Below are positions 40,750-51,303 of a DNA stretch of 64,000 bases, one piece after another (positions within the stretch are counted from its first letter, which is position 1; every line of letters begins with the position of its first letter). The DNA is taken from assembly GCA_963707955.1 (NCBI GenBank), contig OY970176.1, forward strand, positions 1,280,001-1,344,000, in the 5' to 3' direction. This DNA is from Candidatus Bathyarchaeota archaeon. GTDB lineage: Archaea; Thermoproteota; Bathyarchaeia; Bathyarchaeales; Bathycorpusculaceae. The position numbers were made by a program, and so were the translations under genes. The notes under the pieces are model-generated. The model was not told where the DNA came from. It saw only the letters and a list, made by a program, of their open reading frames with translations, and made no database searches.

Positions 40750-41087
40750 AACCATCGGAGCAGTACTCAACCAAAATTTGCAAGATCTCGCGCTGTAGGT
40801 TGAATGTTCAGTTGTACTTAATTACAGCGCGCCCTGCCAAGTTTCGGATGCGCGATCAAGTCCCTTAAAAAGCCAAGATATATGGTGACCCTAAGACCCA
40901 ACTGAACGAGATCGAACAGCGGTCTCATCCACCTAAAGACTGTTCGTTCTTGGATTCTGAGAGGCTTGTTCACTTAGGCTTCTCAACCATTTTCTATATG
41001 AAACATGGTCTATCTATCTCCAGAGCATTCGGTCACAAGGCTGAACGATATGCAAGAACAATTTGTTTCCTTCATCGATTCTTGGCC

Positions 41088-42023
41088 TTAAAGCAGCCCT
41101 TGGTAAATGGATTCAAGCCGCGAGATTACCGCATCAACGTTGTGATGTCTTTCTAGAAACTCGTGTTCTCTTTCCCATAGATCTGACGGCAGATTTGCTA
41201 TTGACTCAGCAATCTCCTCTTCAACCCGAAGATCTTTCAGCGGAAAATCCCTGTTTTCTGGATAATCCGATGAGACGTAGCAGAGAGCAGGTCTTCCGCA
41301 GGCTATTGCCTCAAGCGAAACCATTCCCAGTGACCCTAAGGTGAAACGGTCTATAACTATGTCAGCATTCCAGTAATACTCGCTTAGCCTGTCATGAGGT
41401 GCTTTTGGCAAAATGTTCAGACGCAACCCTAACGAGTTAGCCAGCTCTACGGTCTTGGCAAAGTCTATCCCAATGGCGATTATGCTGACATTCACAATAT
41501 CTTTGATCTTTGCCAAAGCCCTTATGCTGATGTCTGTTCCTTTGACTGTCCAGTTTGAGTCGCTTGCTATCAGTACACGCTTTGGTCCATCGTGCTGATT
41601 AGCAGACTTAGAGTGGAAAAGCTCCTTGTTGACCGGGTTTGGCATGTATTCTGCATCCTCTCTGAACACTTTGGCTTGACCTAGGATATCGGGGGTGCTC
41701 ACAAGAACCCTGTCACATTTTTTGAGGTTGTGTCGGACAATTCGTCCCCAAACCTTATGCTTCAAACTCGATCTCAGGTCGCTGCCATGCGCATGTCCAA
41801 CTAAAGGTTTCTTCCCCAATCGATTCGCGATGTAAGTGTCCTGAAGAAGATAATGCGCGTGATACACGTCCGCTTCAGCTCGAAAAATCTTGTAGGCAAT
41901 GCCGAACGTCTTGCTCCACAGGCCTCTGGTACGCTTGACGTGTTCCTTTTCGATGCTAGCAGGCAAGTATTTCAGTAAGGTTTCACCCACAAAGGCGCAG
42001 TCGTTGATCATCACAACCTTCAT
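41088..42023 (-). CDS. GT4 glycosyltransferase
   Basis: HAHGSD, KGTD and EAIACGRP motifs. Confidence 0.88.
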   Translation of the reverse strand: MKVVMINDCAFVGETLLKYLPASIEKEHVKRTRGLWSKTFGIAYKIFRAEADVYHAHYLLQDTYIANRLGKKPLVGHAHGSDLRSSLKHKVWGRIVRHNLKKCDRVLVSTPDILGQAKVFREDAEYMPNPVNKELFHSKSANQHDGPKRVLIASDSNWTVKGTDISIRALAKIKDIVNVSIIAIGIDFAKTVELANSLGLRLNILPKAPHDRLSEYYWNADIVIDRFTLGSLGMVSLEAIACGRPALCYVSSDYPENRDFPLKDLRVEEEIAESIANLPSDLWEREHEFLERHHNVDAVISRLESIYQGLL

Positions 42024-42293
42024 CTAAGCATCATCACACAGCATGGCATTGGTCTATATCTGGAAAAGCAGTTATATCAGTGTTTATTACCTTAAATCGA
42101 GGCTATTGACAAAAGCCCGAATTTGCCGCTTTATACCTCGTCAGAGCCATCGCCAGCTAGTTTTGGTTCCCCAGAAACGAGTGTGAAGAACGAAACGTAC
42201 AATAGCATATCACCTATCTTTATAAGATATAAGGAGGCTTGTCTAATTGAAATTCCTGCAGAATGAGAGCCGCAGTTCAGGAGATGAACTAAG

Positions 42294-43277
42294 TTGATCA
42301 TCAGCAAAACGCCTCTTCGTTTGACGCTGGGCGGGGGTGGGACAGACTTGCCTCCGTACTACTCCATGTACGGGGGTTTTGTTGTAACCGCCGCATTGGA
42401 CAAGTACATCTACTTGGTGGTCAAGCGCAGATTTGAAGAAGAAATCAGGTTAAGCTATTCTATAACCGAAATCGTAAAGTCCATAGACGATATTAGACAT
42501 CCCGTCGTCAGAGAAGGATTGCGGCTCCTAGGATTGGCGAGCCATCTTGAGATTGTTTCGATAGCAGACATGCCTGCTGAAACGGGCCTAGGCTCTTCAG
42601 GAAACTTCACCGTCAGCCTCCTACACGCTCTTCACGCTTTCAAAGATGAAAACCCTTCACGGCAAAAACTTGCGGAAGAAGCCTGTTCCTTAGAAATGGA
42701 CATATTGAAAGGACCGAGCGGCGTGCAGGACCCTTACATAGCGGCCTTCGGAGGCTTCATATGTCTAGATATAGCCAAGGATGGAAAAGTCAAGGTTTCA
42801 CGGCTGAAGATTGCAGATGATACTATTCATGAACTTGGAAATAACATGATTTTCTTCTACACCGGGCTCAAAAGGAGCTCTGCTACGGTGCTTCAGGATC
42901 AGAGAAAATCCATACTAGATGACAAGTCTGCGGCGTTGGATTCAATGCACCGCATCAAGGAGATAGGCTTCAAAGTCAGGCAGGCCCTTGAAAATGGAGA
43001 CTTGTCCGAGTTTGGAAGGCTTCAACACGAACACTGGCTGGCAAAAAGAGGCACATCTCCAAAGATTTCAAGCGACCCGATAGACAGGTACTATCAGAAG
43101 GGGTTGGAGAACGGAGCCTTAGGTGGCAAGCTAGCAGGGGCTGGTGGCGGAGGCTTCCTAATGTTTTATTGCGAGAACGGCAAGGACAAGTTGAGGAAAA
43201 CCCTGTCCAAGGAGGGCCTGACAGAAGTCAGATTCAGCTTTGAACCCGAAGGTTCAAAGATAGCCATCAACATTTAA
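42294..43277 (+). CDS. hddA: D-glycero-alpha-D-manno-heptose-7-phosphate kinase (GHMP)
   Basis: PLRLTLGGGGTD, GLGSSG and GAGGGGF motifs. Confidence 0.88.
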   Translation: MIISKTPLRLTLGGGGTDLPPYYSMYGGFVVTAALDKYIYLVVKRRFEEEIRLSYSITEIVKSIDDIRHPVVREGLRLLGLASHLEIVSIADMPAETGLGSSGNFTVSLLHALHAFKDENPSRQKLAEEACSLEMDILKGPSGVQDPYIAAFGGFICLDIAKDGKVKVSRLKIADDTIHELGNNMIFFYTGLKRSSATVLQDQRKSILDDKSAALDSMHRIKEIGFKVRQALENGDLSEFGRLQHEHWLAKRGTSPKISSDPIDRYYQKGLENGALGGKLAGAGGGGFLMFYCENGKDKLRKTLSKEGLTEVRFSFEPEGSKIAINI

Positions 43278-43285
43278 GTGATCCC

Positions 43286-43886
43286 ATGAGACGCAACGAC
43301 TTTGTAAATCAATACCTCCAACAATTGGAATCAATAATCAAGAGTATATCCCAAGAAGACATCAACAGCGTGATAGAGACTTCTATACACTGCTTGGAAA
43401 GAAGGAAGACAAGTATTTCTTGCAGGAAACGGGGGCTCTGCGCCGACGGCAACTCACCTTGCGTGCGACTTGGCCAAGTTCACATCTGTCGAAGGCAAGA
43501 AGAGATTCAGAGCCATTTCTCTGGTTGACAATGCGCCGCTTGTTTCGGCGCTCACCAACGATCTGGGCTGGGAAAACGTTTACGTAGAGCAGCTTAAGAA
43601 TTTAATGCGAGAAGGAGACGTCTTCGTGGCAATTAGTGTTCACGGAGGCTCTGGAGCAGAATTAGCCGCCCCTTGGTCACAGAACCTTTTGAAGGCTGCC
43701 AAGTTCATAAAAGAAAATGGCGGCAAGGTTGTGGGCTTAGCTGGTTTCGACGGAGGAGCCCTGAAACAGATAGCCGATGCCTGCATAGTCGTGCTTATAA
43801 ACTCCACGCCACAGGTCGAAGGCTTCCACTCCGTGCTATCGCATCTTATATGCGCTAGACTCCGCGAGTTAATAGGAGAGTCGTGA
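43286..43886 (+). CDS. gmhA: Phosphoheptose isomerase (SIS); frameshift near 43380
   Basis: The frames join to give ...IELLYTAWKEGRQVFLAGNGGSA.TA.HLACDL; ALTND and QVEGFH motifs. Confidence 0.85.
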
Positions 43887-43887
43887 A

Positions 43888-44034
43888 ATGAAGCGCATCA
43901 TCGTATGGGTGGACACCCAAAATACAGAAGTCGCTCAAACTCTTGAGAGACTCAAGAAATTTCTGAGTTCAGCAGGACTTCAGTACAGTATTATAGATAT
44001 CTGTGAACTTGCAAAACTAGGAGAGGACAAATGA
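43888..44034 (+). CDS. 48-aa hypothetical protein inside the heptose operon (not in ORF track)
   Basis: MKRIIVWVDTQNTEVAQTLERLKKFLSSAGLQYSIIDICELAKLGEDK*; fills the gap exactly, with ATGA overlap onto gmhB. Confidence 0.6.
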   Translation: MKRIIVWVDTQNTEVAQTLERLKKFLSSAGLQYSIIDICELAKLGEDK

Positions 44035-44687
44035 ACCGAGCAGTTTTCCTTGACAGAGACGGTGTAATAAACGAAATTGCCTATTTTCCAGAGTTGGGGT
44101 TGCTTGACTCGCCTCTAAACGTCAAGCAGTTCAGGCTACTGCCTAGAGCAGCCGAGGCGATAATGGTTCTCAACCGTTTGGATCTTAAGGTAATAGTTGT
44201 GTCAAATCAGCCTGCCATAGCAAAGGGAAAAATGACAATGAAGGCCTTTGAAGAAATAAGGCTGAAAATGAAGAAGGAACTTGAAAGAAAAGGTGCTCAT
44301 CTAGATGGTGAGTATTACTGCTTTCACCATCCTTCAGCAAAAATCGCCAAGTATAGAACCAGCTGCGATTGTAGGAAGCCGAGACCTGGCCTTTTCCTGA
44401 AGGCAGCAAAAGATTTTGCACTGGACCTGAAAAAAAGCTATGCTGTAGGTGACAGCCTTACAGATATTAAAGCTGGCAAGGCTGTCGACTGCAGAACGAT
44501 CTTGATTGGTTCTCTGAAATGTGATCTTTGCAGACTCATGGAACTCGAAGGCGTCAAACCGGACCACATCGTGGCCGACTTGCTTGACGCATCGAAAATA
44601 ATCCAGAAAGAAATCAACGAAAGCGTCAGACCGGACTTGATCATATCAAAAGCATTTCGCACATCAAGATCAGTAAAAGGTGAATGA
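44031..44687 (+). CDS. gmhB: Heptose-1,7-bisphosphate phosphatase
   Basis: FLDRDGVIN, SNQ, CFHH...CDCRKP and VGDSLTD motifs. Confidence 0.92.
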   Translation: MNRAVFLDRDGVINEIAYFPELGLLDSPLNVKQFRLLPRAAEAIMVLNRLDLKVIVVSNQPAIAKGKMTMKAFEEIRLKMKKELERKGAHLDGEYYCFHHPSAKIAKYRTSCDCRKPRPGLFLKAAKDFALDLKKSYAVGDSLTDIKAGKAVDCRTILIGSLKCDLCRLMELEGVKPDHIVADLLDASKIIQKEINESVRPDLIISKAFRTSRSVKGE

Positions 44688-45379
44688 AAATGGAAATATT
44701 CCTTGACACAGCAAGTATCAAAGAGATAAAGGAGATACTGCCGTGGGGCATCATCAGCGGGGTTACGACAAACCAGAAAATTTTCTTAGCTGAAAAAGGC
44801 GTCAACTTTAAAGACAGAGTCCTCGAAATCTTGTCTCTCGTAGACGGGCCGTTAAGCGTGGAGCTGACCAAGACAGCAGAGGGCGACGAGGAGCTAGTCA
44901 AAGAAGCAAAGGAGTACTCGAGTTGGAACCCGAAGAACATCGTCATCAAAGTTCCAATGTTCGGCGACGGCCGAGGACTTCGAATCGTCAGCAGGCTCAA
45001 GAAGGAAAACATCAAGACAAACATGACTTGCATGATTACCACGAATCAGGTAATGTTAGCAGCCAAGGCTGGAGCCACATACGCCAGCATATTCTTTAAC
45101 CGCGTACGAGATTCTGGCATCGACCCGATGAAGGTTATACAAGAGTCAAGGCGCATAATAGAAGAGGGACGTTTTTCCTCGAAGATTATTGTGGGCAGCA
45201 TCAGAAAGCCTGAGGACGTCACTGAGGCAGCTGTGGCTGGAGCCCACATCATAACGATACCCTACAAGATTCTGATACAGATGCCTTCCCATCAGAAGAC
45301 AGAAGACACTATCAAAGAATTCGACCAAGCATGGTTAGAGTTCAAGAAGTGTGAAGATCAAAAGCGAAGTCTACGATGA
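44684..45379 (+). CDS. tal: Transaldolase (TalC/FSA-size family)
   Basis: FLDTA, GVTTN, SVE, VIKVP (Schiff-base Lys) and GSIR motifs. Confidence 0.85.
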   Translation: MKMEIFLDTASIKEIKEILPWGIISGVTTNQKIFLAEKGVNFKDRVLEILSLVDGPLSVELTKTAEGDEELVKEAKEYSSWNPKNIVIKVPMFGDGRGLRIVSRLKKENIKTNMTCMITTNQVMLAAKAGATYASIFFNRVRDSGIDPMKVIQESRRIIEEGRFSSKIIVGSIRKPEDVTEAAVAGAHIITIPYKILIQMPSHQKTEDTIKEFDQAWLEFKKCEDQKRSLR

Positions 45380-46119
45380 TCGGCATTATTCTTGCAGGTG
45401 GGTATGCCAAGAGACTCTGGCCGTTGACCATGGATAAACCTAAAGCTCTGCTGCCGATAGCTGGAAGACCCATACTTGACCATGTTGTTGACAAACTTGC
45501 TTCATTAGAACCGCCGATGCACAGAATAGTGTTGTCAACGAACCTAAAGTTTCAATCGCAGTTCCAGAAGTGGCTCGAAACTGGTTCATACCGTAACATT
45601 GAACTTACACCAGAGAAATCTTCTTCTGAAAAGGAGAAGCTCGGGGCCGTTAGAGCCCTTGCCGACATAGTTGAGACGGTAGTTTCTGAAGATATCTTGG
45701 TTCTGCCTGGCGACAACCTATTCACCGACAAACTTGGGAACTTTATCCATTTCTTCTGCGAAAAGCGCGCCCCAACCGTAGCTTTATACCACGCTAGGAA
45801 TCTGACCGAAACCGAAAAAGGTTCCACTGTCAAGGTGGACGAAAACGGCAGAATACTAGAGTTTAAAGAAAAGCCTAAACACCCAACAACGACCCTAGTG
45901 GGTGCTGCCATCTACGCCTTTCCAGCAGGCATAAACAGAAGATTCGGCGAATACTTACAATCGGGACTCGCGACTGATGAGCCTGGAAGATTTATTGAGT
46001 GGCTCCATAAACGAGAGCCAGTTTTTGGCTTCATGCTTAAAGATTACTTGTGGGACATAGGAACATTAGACTCGTACAGAGCTGCTGACGAATTCTTTCG
46101 CGCGCATACTCTTTGCTAA
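45376..46119 (+). CDS. Sugar-phosphate nucleotidyltransferase (HddC-like)
   Basis: LAGGYAKRLWPLT..PKALLP, EKP and DIGT motifs; operon context. Confidence 0.88.
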   Translation: MIGIILAGGYAKRLWPLTMDKPKALLPIAGRPILDHVVDKLASLEPPMHRIVLSTNLKFQSQFQKWLETGSYRNIELTPEKSSSEKEKLGAVRALADIVETVVSEDILVLPGDNLFTDKLGNFIHFFCEKRAPTVALYHARNLTETEKGSTVKVDENGRILEFKEKPKHPTTTLVGAAIYAFPAGINRRFGEYLQSGLATDEPGRFIEWLHKREPVFGFMLKDYLWDIGTLDSYRAADEFFRAHTLC

Positions 46120-46537
46120 GAATGGTTGAATGCGCGCCTTGCAATCAATGGAGTAGCCACAAAAGATTTTCTATCCGAGAGAGATATAGGAGGTCAGGAC
46201 ATGGTGTGTGAGATTCTGCGCGCATGCAGAGGACCAAGAATTCAGCCTCTCTGAATCAGTGCTCAAACTTTTGGGGAGTGACCAAAACGTTTATTTCAAT
46301 TGAGTACTCATGATGGCGATAGTTACTGGCGTGAAGTTTGTACGAGTATTCCACTCGTGAATCACATTTCCCTCAAGAAGATGGTTGAACAGATAGGAAA
46401 GGCAAAGCGCACTATGGCTATTGGAAGGCGATATAGCACTGACGTGCTAGAAAAGCACCGGAAGAATTGAGGAGATTGAACGGTCATTGCAATGGGTTCC
46501 ACTTGAAAGTGAGAAGAAAGAGGATGATGATTGAAAA

Positions 46538-47497
46538 ATGAAGGCTTTAGTGACTGGAGGAGCAGGGTTTATAGGAAGTCATCTAGTAGACAGACTTCTT
46601 GCTGACGGACATTCAGTAACTGTGATGGATAATTTTTCATGTGGGACACGAGAAAACTTGCGTTCTTCCAAAAGTCTTTCTTCTACAAGACTTGAGATTT
46701 CAAAAGTGGATATCGCAGACGGAAAACGAGTCAATAAAGTATTTAGTGAAAATAAATACGATGCTGTTTTCCATTTAGCGGCACAAGCTGATATAAGAAA
46801 GAGTCTTTTGGGATTCAAAGGCGATTTAGACAATAATGTGATTGGAACATTAAACATACTAGAAGCAATGAAGAAGTATGGTGTAAACGATCTTGTGTTT
46901 GCTTCCTCTTCAGCTCTCTATGGAGAAGCTACTGTTAGACCAACACCGGAAGATTATAGTCCTATTCAGACATCGTTATATGGTGCTTCTAAACTTGCTT
47001 GTGAGGCATTTACTGAAGCATATACAGAGTTCACTAAAATAAAGCTGTGGGCTTTCAGATTTACTAATGTGATTGGTGAGAGATGTCGAAGGGGGGTTAT
47101 TGGTGATTTTGTTAGGAAGTTTTTGAAGAATCCAAAAGAGCTTGAAATACTTGGAAATGGTAAACAGAGCAAAGAGTATTTGTACGTTAAGGATTGCATC
47201 AACGGGATGCTGACAGGTCATCTACAATCTTCAGAGAAGACAAACATTTTCAATTTGGGTGTGAGTTGTCAAACAACAGTTGACGAAGTTGCTAGTATTG
47301 TTATTGAAGAAATGGGATTGAGTAATGTCAAACGGAAATACACGGGTGGCAATAGAGGCTGGATAGGCGATAATCCAATAGTTGAGCTTTCTTTGAACAA
47401 GATTAAAGGTTTGGGATGGAATACTGAAGTTTCATCAGAAGAAGCAATAAGGCGTACAGCTAGATGGAACATTGAAAATGAACAGGAGGAGGTGTAG
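46538..47497 (+). CDS. NAD-dependent epimerase/dehydratase
   Basis: [10 protein letters not shown] and YGASK motifs. Confidence 0.92.
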   Translation: MKALVTGGAGFIGSHLVDRLLADGHSVTVMDNFSCGTRENLRSSKSLSSTRLEISKVDIADGKRVNKVFSENKYDAVFHLAAQADIRKSLLGFKGDLDNNVIGTLNILEAMKKYGVNDLVFASSSALYGEATVRPTPEDYSPIQTSLYGASKLACEAFTEAYTEFTKIKLWAFRFTNVIGERCRRGVIGDFVRKFLKNPKELEILGNGKQSKEYLYVKDCINGMLTGHLQSSEKTNIFNLGVSCQTTVDEVASIVIEEMGLSNVKRKYTGGNRGWIGDNPIVELSLNKIKGLGWNTEVSSEEAIRRTARWNIENEQEEV

Positions 47498-47499
47498 AG

Positions 47500-47757
47500 A
47501 TGAAAATGAAAGACATATTCAGATATTTGGCAATGTTTGTAGTTATTGCCTTGCCTATGATAATTGGTTTTGCATGGGGCTATCTCTTTGAGCAGAATAT
47601 TGCAGTCGAGGCTGGGTATACATATTCGTATATCAGACCAAGTTTGTCCTTGTCGTTTTATGTAGAACTATTATGGTTCTTCCCTGTGGCGATCTTCATA
47701 TTGCCAAAAATGGTCGGGAAAATTTCAGAAAAAGTGGAGCCAGATCCGAAAAAGTAA
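47500..47757 (+). CDS. Small two-TM membrane protein
   Basis: Strong GGAGGTG RBS and two hydrophobic segments. Confidence 0.7.
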   Translation: MKMKDIFRYLAMFVVIALPMIIGFAWGYLFEQNIAVEAGYTYSYIRPSLSLSFYVELLWFFPVAIFILPKMVGKISEKVEPDPKK

Positions 47758-47765
47758 GTGACCTT

Positions 47766-48746
47766 ATGAAAACGGTTGTTGCAGGTGGTGCAGGTTTCAT
47801 AGGAAGTCACCTTGTAAAGAGGCTTGTCGATGAAGATAGTGACGTTGTTGTCATAGATGACCTTTCTAGGGGAAGTCGCACTAACCTAGTAGATTTAGAT
47901 CATAGACTGCTTGATGATATTTACATTGAACTGTTTGATTTGCGTAATGGAAGGAAACTTTCTGACATAATGGATGGAGCAGATACAGTTTTTCATTTAG
48001 CTGCTCGCGTTGGAAGCGTTGACTATCTTCATGGCAGTAATCTCGCAGAATTAACAGCTTTTCAGGACAATGTGCGTATTGATGCGAATGTTTTCAGTGC
48101 TTGTAGAGAAGTTAGTGTAAAAAAGATTGTTTATGCATCGAGTGTTTCTGTTTATCCAATGAACAGTCAAAGTTCACCTGATGCGATTTTTAGTGAGAGG
48201 GATATGAACTATCAGAATCCCGATGGTGGATACGGTTGGGCTAAGTTGTTAGGAGAATATCAGTTGGGTTTGATGAAGAATACGAAGATTAGTATCGCTA
48301 GGATATTCAGCATATATGGACCTTGCTCGGCTATTGACGAAACTGCTCAAGCCATACCAGCACTCATAAGGAAAGCGGTCAAGTATCCAACAGAAGATTT
48401 TGTGGTATGGGGAACGGGAAGACAAAGTAGAGACTTCACATACGTTTCTGATTGTGCCGATGCCCTTTTGCTACTAGAGAAAAACGCCAACAATCCGCCT
48501 TTCATAGCTAATGTTGGAACAGGTGCATCTACTTCTATTAGCGATATAGCTCGACTTATCGTAAGCATTTCTGGAAAGGCAATACCGATGAGATTTGATG
48601 AAAATAAGACAACGGGAACAGTTAGTCGAACTGCGAACATAGGAAAATTGTTGAGTTTAGGATGGAAACCAAAGGTAACATTAGACGAAGGTTTAAAGTT
48701 AACCTATAAATGGCTAGAAAAGAGGTACAGATCCGAACGAAGTTAG
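47766..48746 (+). CDS. NAD-dependent epimerase (GDP-mannose 3,5-epimerase-like)
   Basis: [14 protein letters not shown] and VWGTG.QSRDF motifs. Confidence 0.88.
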   Translation: MKTVVAGGAGFIGSHLVKRLVDEDSDVVVIDDLSRGSRTNLVDLDHRLLDDIYIELFDLRNGRKLSDIMDGADTVFHLAARVGSVDYLHGSNLAELTAFQDNVRIDANVFSACREVSVKKIVYASSVSVYPMNSQSSPDAIFSERDMNYQNPDGGYGWAKLLGEYQLGLMKNTKISIARIFSIYGPCSAIDETAQAIPALIRKAVKYPTEDFVVWGTGRQSRDFTYVSDCADALLLLEKNANNPPFIANVGTGASTSISDIARLIVSISGKAIPMRFDENKTTGTVSRTANIGKLLSLGWKPKVTLDEGLKLTYKWLEKRYRSERS

Positions 48747-48748
48747 CC

Positions 48749-49354
48749 ATGTTATGCAGGGATGTTCCATTTGAAGAAAGAATAGGGCTAAAGGACAATA
48801 TGAGCGTTCTGGACGTAGGATGTGGTTATGGAGAAATTCTATCTAGGTTGAATGCGGATGATGCGTTTCGTGTTGGTCTCGATATGACCAAGAACAAGTT
48901 GATAAACGGACACGACGATTTTGCTAATGTTAATTTCGTGTTCGGTGATGTAAGTTTCTTACCATTCAGGAATGCTACTTTTGACGTGGTTATGTCAAGG
49001 CAGGCAGTTAGTCATTTCTGGAATCTTGATAAGGCAATTGGGGAAATGAGAAGGGTAACTTGTGAACGAGTTTACATAGAGGATTCAAACATATTCAACA
49101 TAATTGTGTTTTTGAAGCTGCTGTTCCGTTTTGGTCCAGATTGGTTGTGGAATAAACAGAAGGTGCTTGAGAATTTTGGAAAAATGGAAGATATACACTC
49201 AGTTTTTTGGTGGAAGAGGAAAATTAGAGATCCTATTAAACTTCGGACAAGAAAAGAATTTTGGAACTCATTGCTCGATACAATTTGGAAGTTTTTCGGA
49301 CCTGATTGCATTTTTAGTTTTGAATTGCATCAAAGAGATTGTGGGAATGAATAA
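48749..49354 (+). CDS. Class I SAM-dependent methyltransferase
   Basis: VLDVGCGYG and LPF...FDVV motifs. Confidence 0.88.
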   Translation: MLCRDVPFEERIGLKDNMSVLDVGCGYGEILSRLNADDAFRVGLDMTKNKLINGHDDFANVNFVFGDVSFLPFRNATFDVVMSRQAVSHFWNLDKAIGEMRRVTCERVYIEDSNIFNIIVFLKLLFRFGPDWLWNKQKVLENFGKMEDIHSVFWWKRKIRDPIKLRTRKEFWNSLLDTIWKFFGPDCIFSFELHQRDCGNE

Positions 49355-50672
49355 GATCAGAGTGTTAATGGCATCAGTTTCCTTCGGAGTAGGTGGGTCG
49401 TATGTACAGATTCATTCTAAATACATGAACAAGGACCATTTTGATGTTACTGCGTGTGCTTTGTTTGATGATGGTGAGAAAGGTGAACTTTTGAGAAGAA
49501 GTGGCATAAAAACAGAGGTGTTGCATGGTGACTTCTCTACAGTTGAGGATTTGCTAAGAAATGTCGATGTTTTACACATTAATCAAACTGGGTATAAGCA
49601 CCAATCGATATTGAGAATGGCAAAAAAGGTTGGAGTTCCTGTTGCGATTGAGACTGACATATTTGGTTGTTATCCAAATTCTCCAGACGTAGAGAAGATC
49701 GTAGACTTACATTTATGGGTGAGTAAAAATTGCGCTTGGTCATATATGAACAGAGAGAACATTTCAATTGGAGATTTTCTAGTAAAGGGCAGAGTGTTAT
49801 ATGATCCTATTGATGTTGAAGAGTTTGACAAACACAAACCCTCTGAGCAACAAATCTATGATTTCAGGGATGAACTTGGAGTAAATAATGGCGTGACGCT
49901 GATTTGTAGAGTTGGTAGACCAGATATTTCAAAATGGTCTCCCTTTATAATACATATGCTTTGGTATCTGGTTCGTAAGATTCCTGTTAAACTTTTGATA
50001 GTTGGTGGCACGCCTAAATGGGTTTCTAGGAAGATAGCCAAGTATCATTTAGAAAAGAACGTTATAGATTTTGGTGTTGCAACTGAAGACGAGCTGATCA
50101 AAATATATCATTCGATTGATCTCTTGACTCACTGTTCCAGGATAGGTGAGTCTTTTGGGAGAACAATAGGAGATGCTATGGCAGCAGGAAAGCCTGCAGT
50201 TGTGAATTCAACTCCGTGGATGGATAATGCTCAGATTGAACTTGTCGATAATTTTGTTACAGGGTTTGTTGCTAACACTCCAAGTGTATTCTCGGATGCT
50301 GTAACATTAATTGCTAATGACAAGCATCTTGCAAGGACTATGGGAAACTTGGGCTTTCAAAAGGTAAAGGGTCAGTATGATGCTAGGAGTAACACTAGGT
50401 TGCTTGAGAAATATTATGTTGAAATGCTGGCTAGAAAGGGAATGCTGGGTGATGAGGAGCTGTTGTCTGAGTATAAAGGAGTTGCAGAATTTCCTTCTAG
50501 TGATGACATCAGAGCTTATCCGATAGAATATCAAAGGAGGTTAAAAAATTATTTTGGGAATGTGTCTATGATTAATAGGTGTTGGTTAAAGATTAAACAG
50601 TTTACCCAACAACGCCCACGAAGAGGTTACATCTTTAAAGACACGCACTTGCATATCCCTCCAATATTCTAA
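49347..50672 (+). CDS. GT4 glycosyltransferase
   Basis: GESFGRTIGDAMAAGKP motif. Confidence 0.85.
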   Translation: MNKIRVLMASVSFGVGGSYVQIHSKYMNKDHFDVTACALFDDGEKGELLRRSGIKTEVLHGDFSTVEDLLRNVDVLHINQTGYKHQSILRMAKKVGVPVAIETDIFGCYPNSPDVEKIVDLHLWVSKNCAWSYMNRENISIGDFLVKGRVLYDPIDVEEFDKHKPSEQQIYDFRDELGVNNGVTLICRVGRPDISKWSPFIIHMLWYLVRKIPVKLLIVGGTPKWVSRKIAKYHLEKNVIDFGVATEDELIKIYHSIDLLTHCSRIGESFGRTIGDAMAAGKPAVVNSTPWMDNAQIELVDNFVTGFVANTPSVFSDAVTLIANDKHLARTMGNLGFQKVKGQYDARSNTRLLEKYYVEMLARKGMLGDEELLSEYKGVAEFPSSDDIRAYPIEYQRRLKNYFGNVSMINRCWLKIKQFTQQRPRRGYIFKDTHLHIPPIF

Positions 50673-50760
50673 AGTCGTGGTTATATGAACAAGGTAACTT
50701 TGGAGCGCGCACGCTGAAATTATGACAATCACGATTAAAACACAGTGAGATGAAACATGC

Positions 50761-51303
50761 ATGAAATTTCCGTTCTCCAGAACAATAAGCAATTGGTACA
50801 AATATCACAGATACAAAGCTGACGGCTGGAAGTTCAGTGACGAACGTAGGATGTTTTACATTCGAGAGTATGATGAGTGGTTACAATTTTATTTGCCCAT
50901 TGCAGTGGAAGGATTGACTGTGTTAGACGAGGGAGCTGGAGAAGGAGAAAGTGCAAGATTCTTTTTAGAGCATGGTGCAAGGAGTGTGATTTGCGTGGAA
51001 CCAGACGTTGTGGCGTTTAAAAATCTTCTCATAAACTCTAAAGAAAGACCGATAGTGTGCGTGAATAAGAGGTTTGATCTGTCAGACTTAAAGTTTGACT
51101 TTGATTTTATGAAGATGGACATTGAAGGTTTTGAGGAAGCAATGCTATCTGTTTCTGACTTTGACAAGCCTTGTGTGATAGAATATCATGGACTTCAACT
51201 CAGAGAGGCATTTGAGAGATTAGGATATATAATACGCAACAAACCGACTCCCCCATATACTATTGGGTATGCTTACAAGAACTTGGGAGATATTAAACCA
51301 TGA
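50761..51303 (+). CDS. FkbM-like methyltransferase
   Basis: VLDEGAGEGES, VEP and KMDIEGFE motifs. Confidence 0.85.
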   Translation: MKFPFSRTISNWYKYHRYKADGWKFSDERRMFYIREYDEWLQFYLPIAVEGLTVLDEGAGEGESARFFLEHGARSVICVEPDVVAFKNLLINSKERPIVCVNKRFDLSDLKFDFDFMKMDIEGFEEAMLSVSDFDKPCVIEYHGLQLREAFERLGYIIRNKPTPPYTIGYAYKNLGDIKP

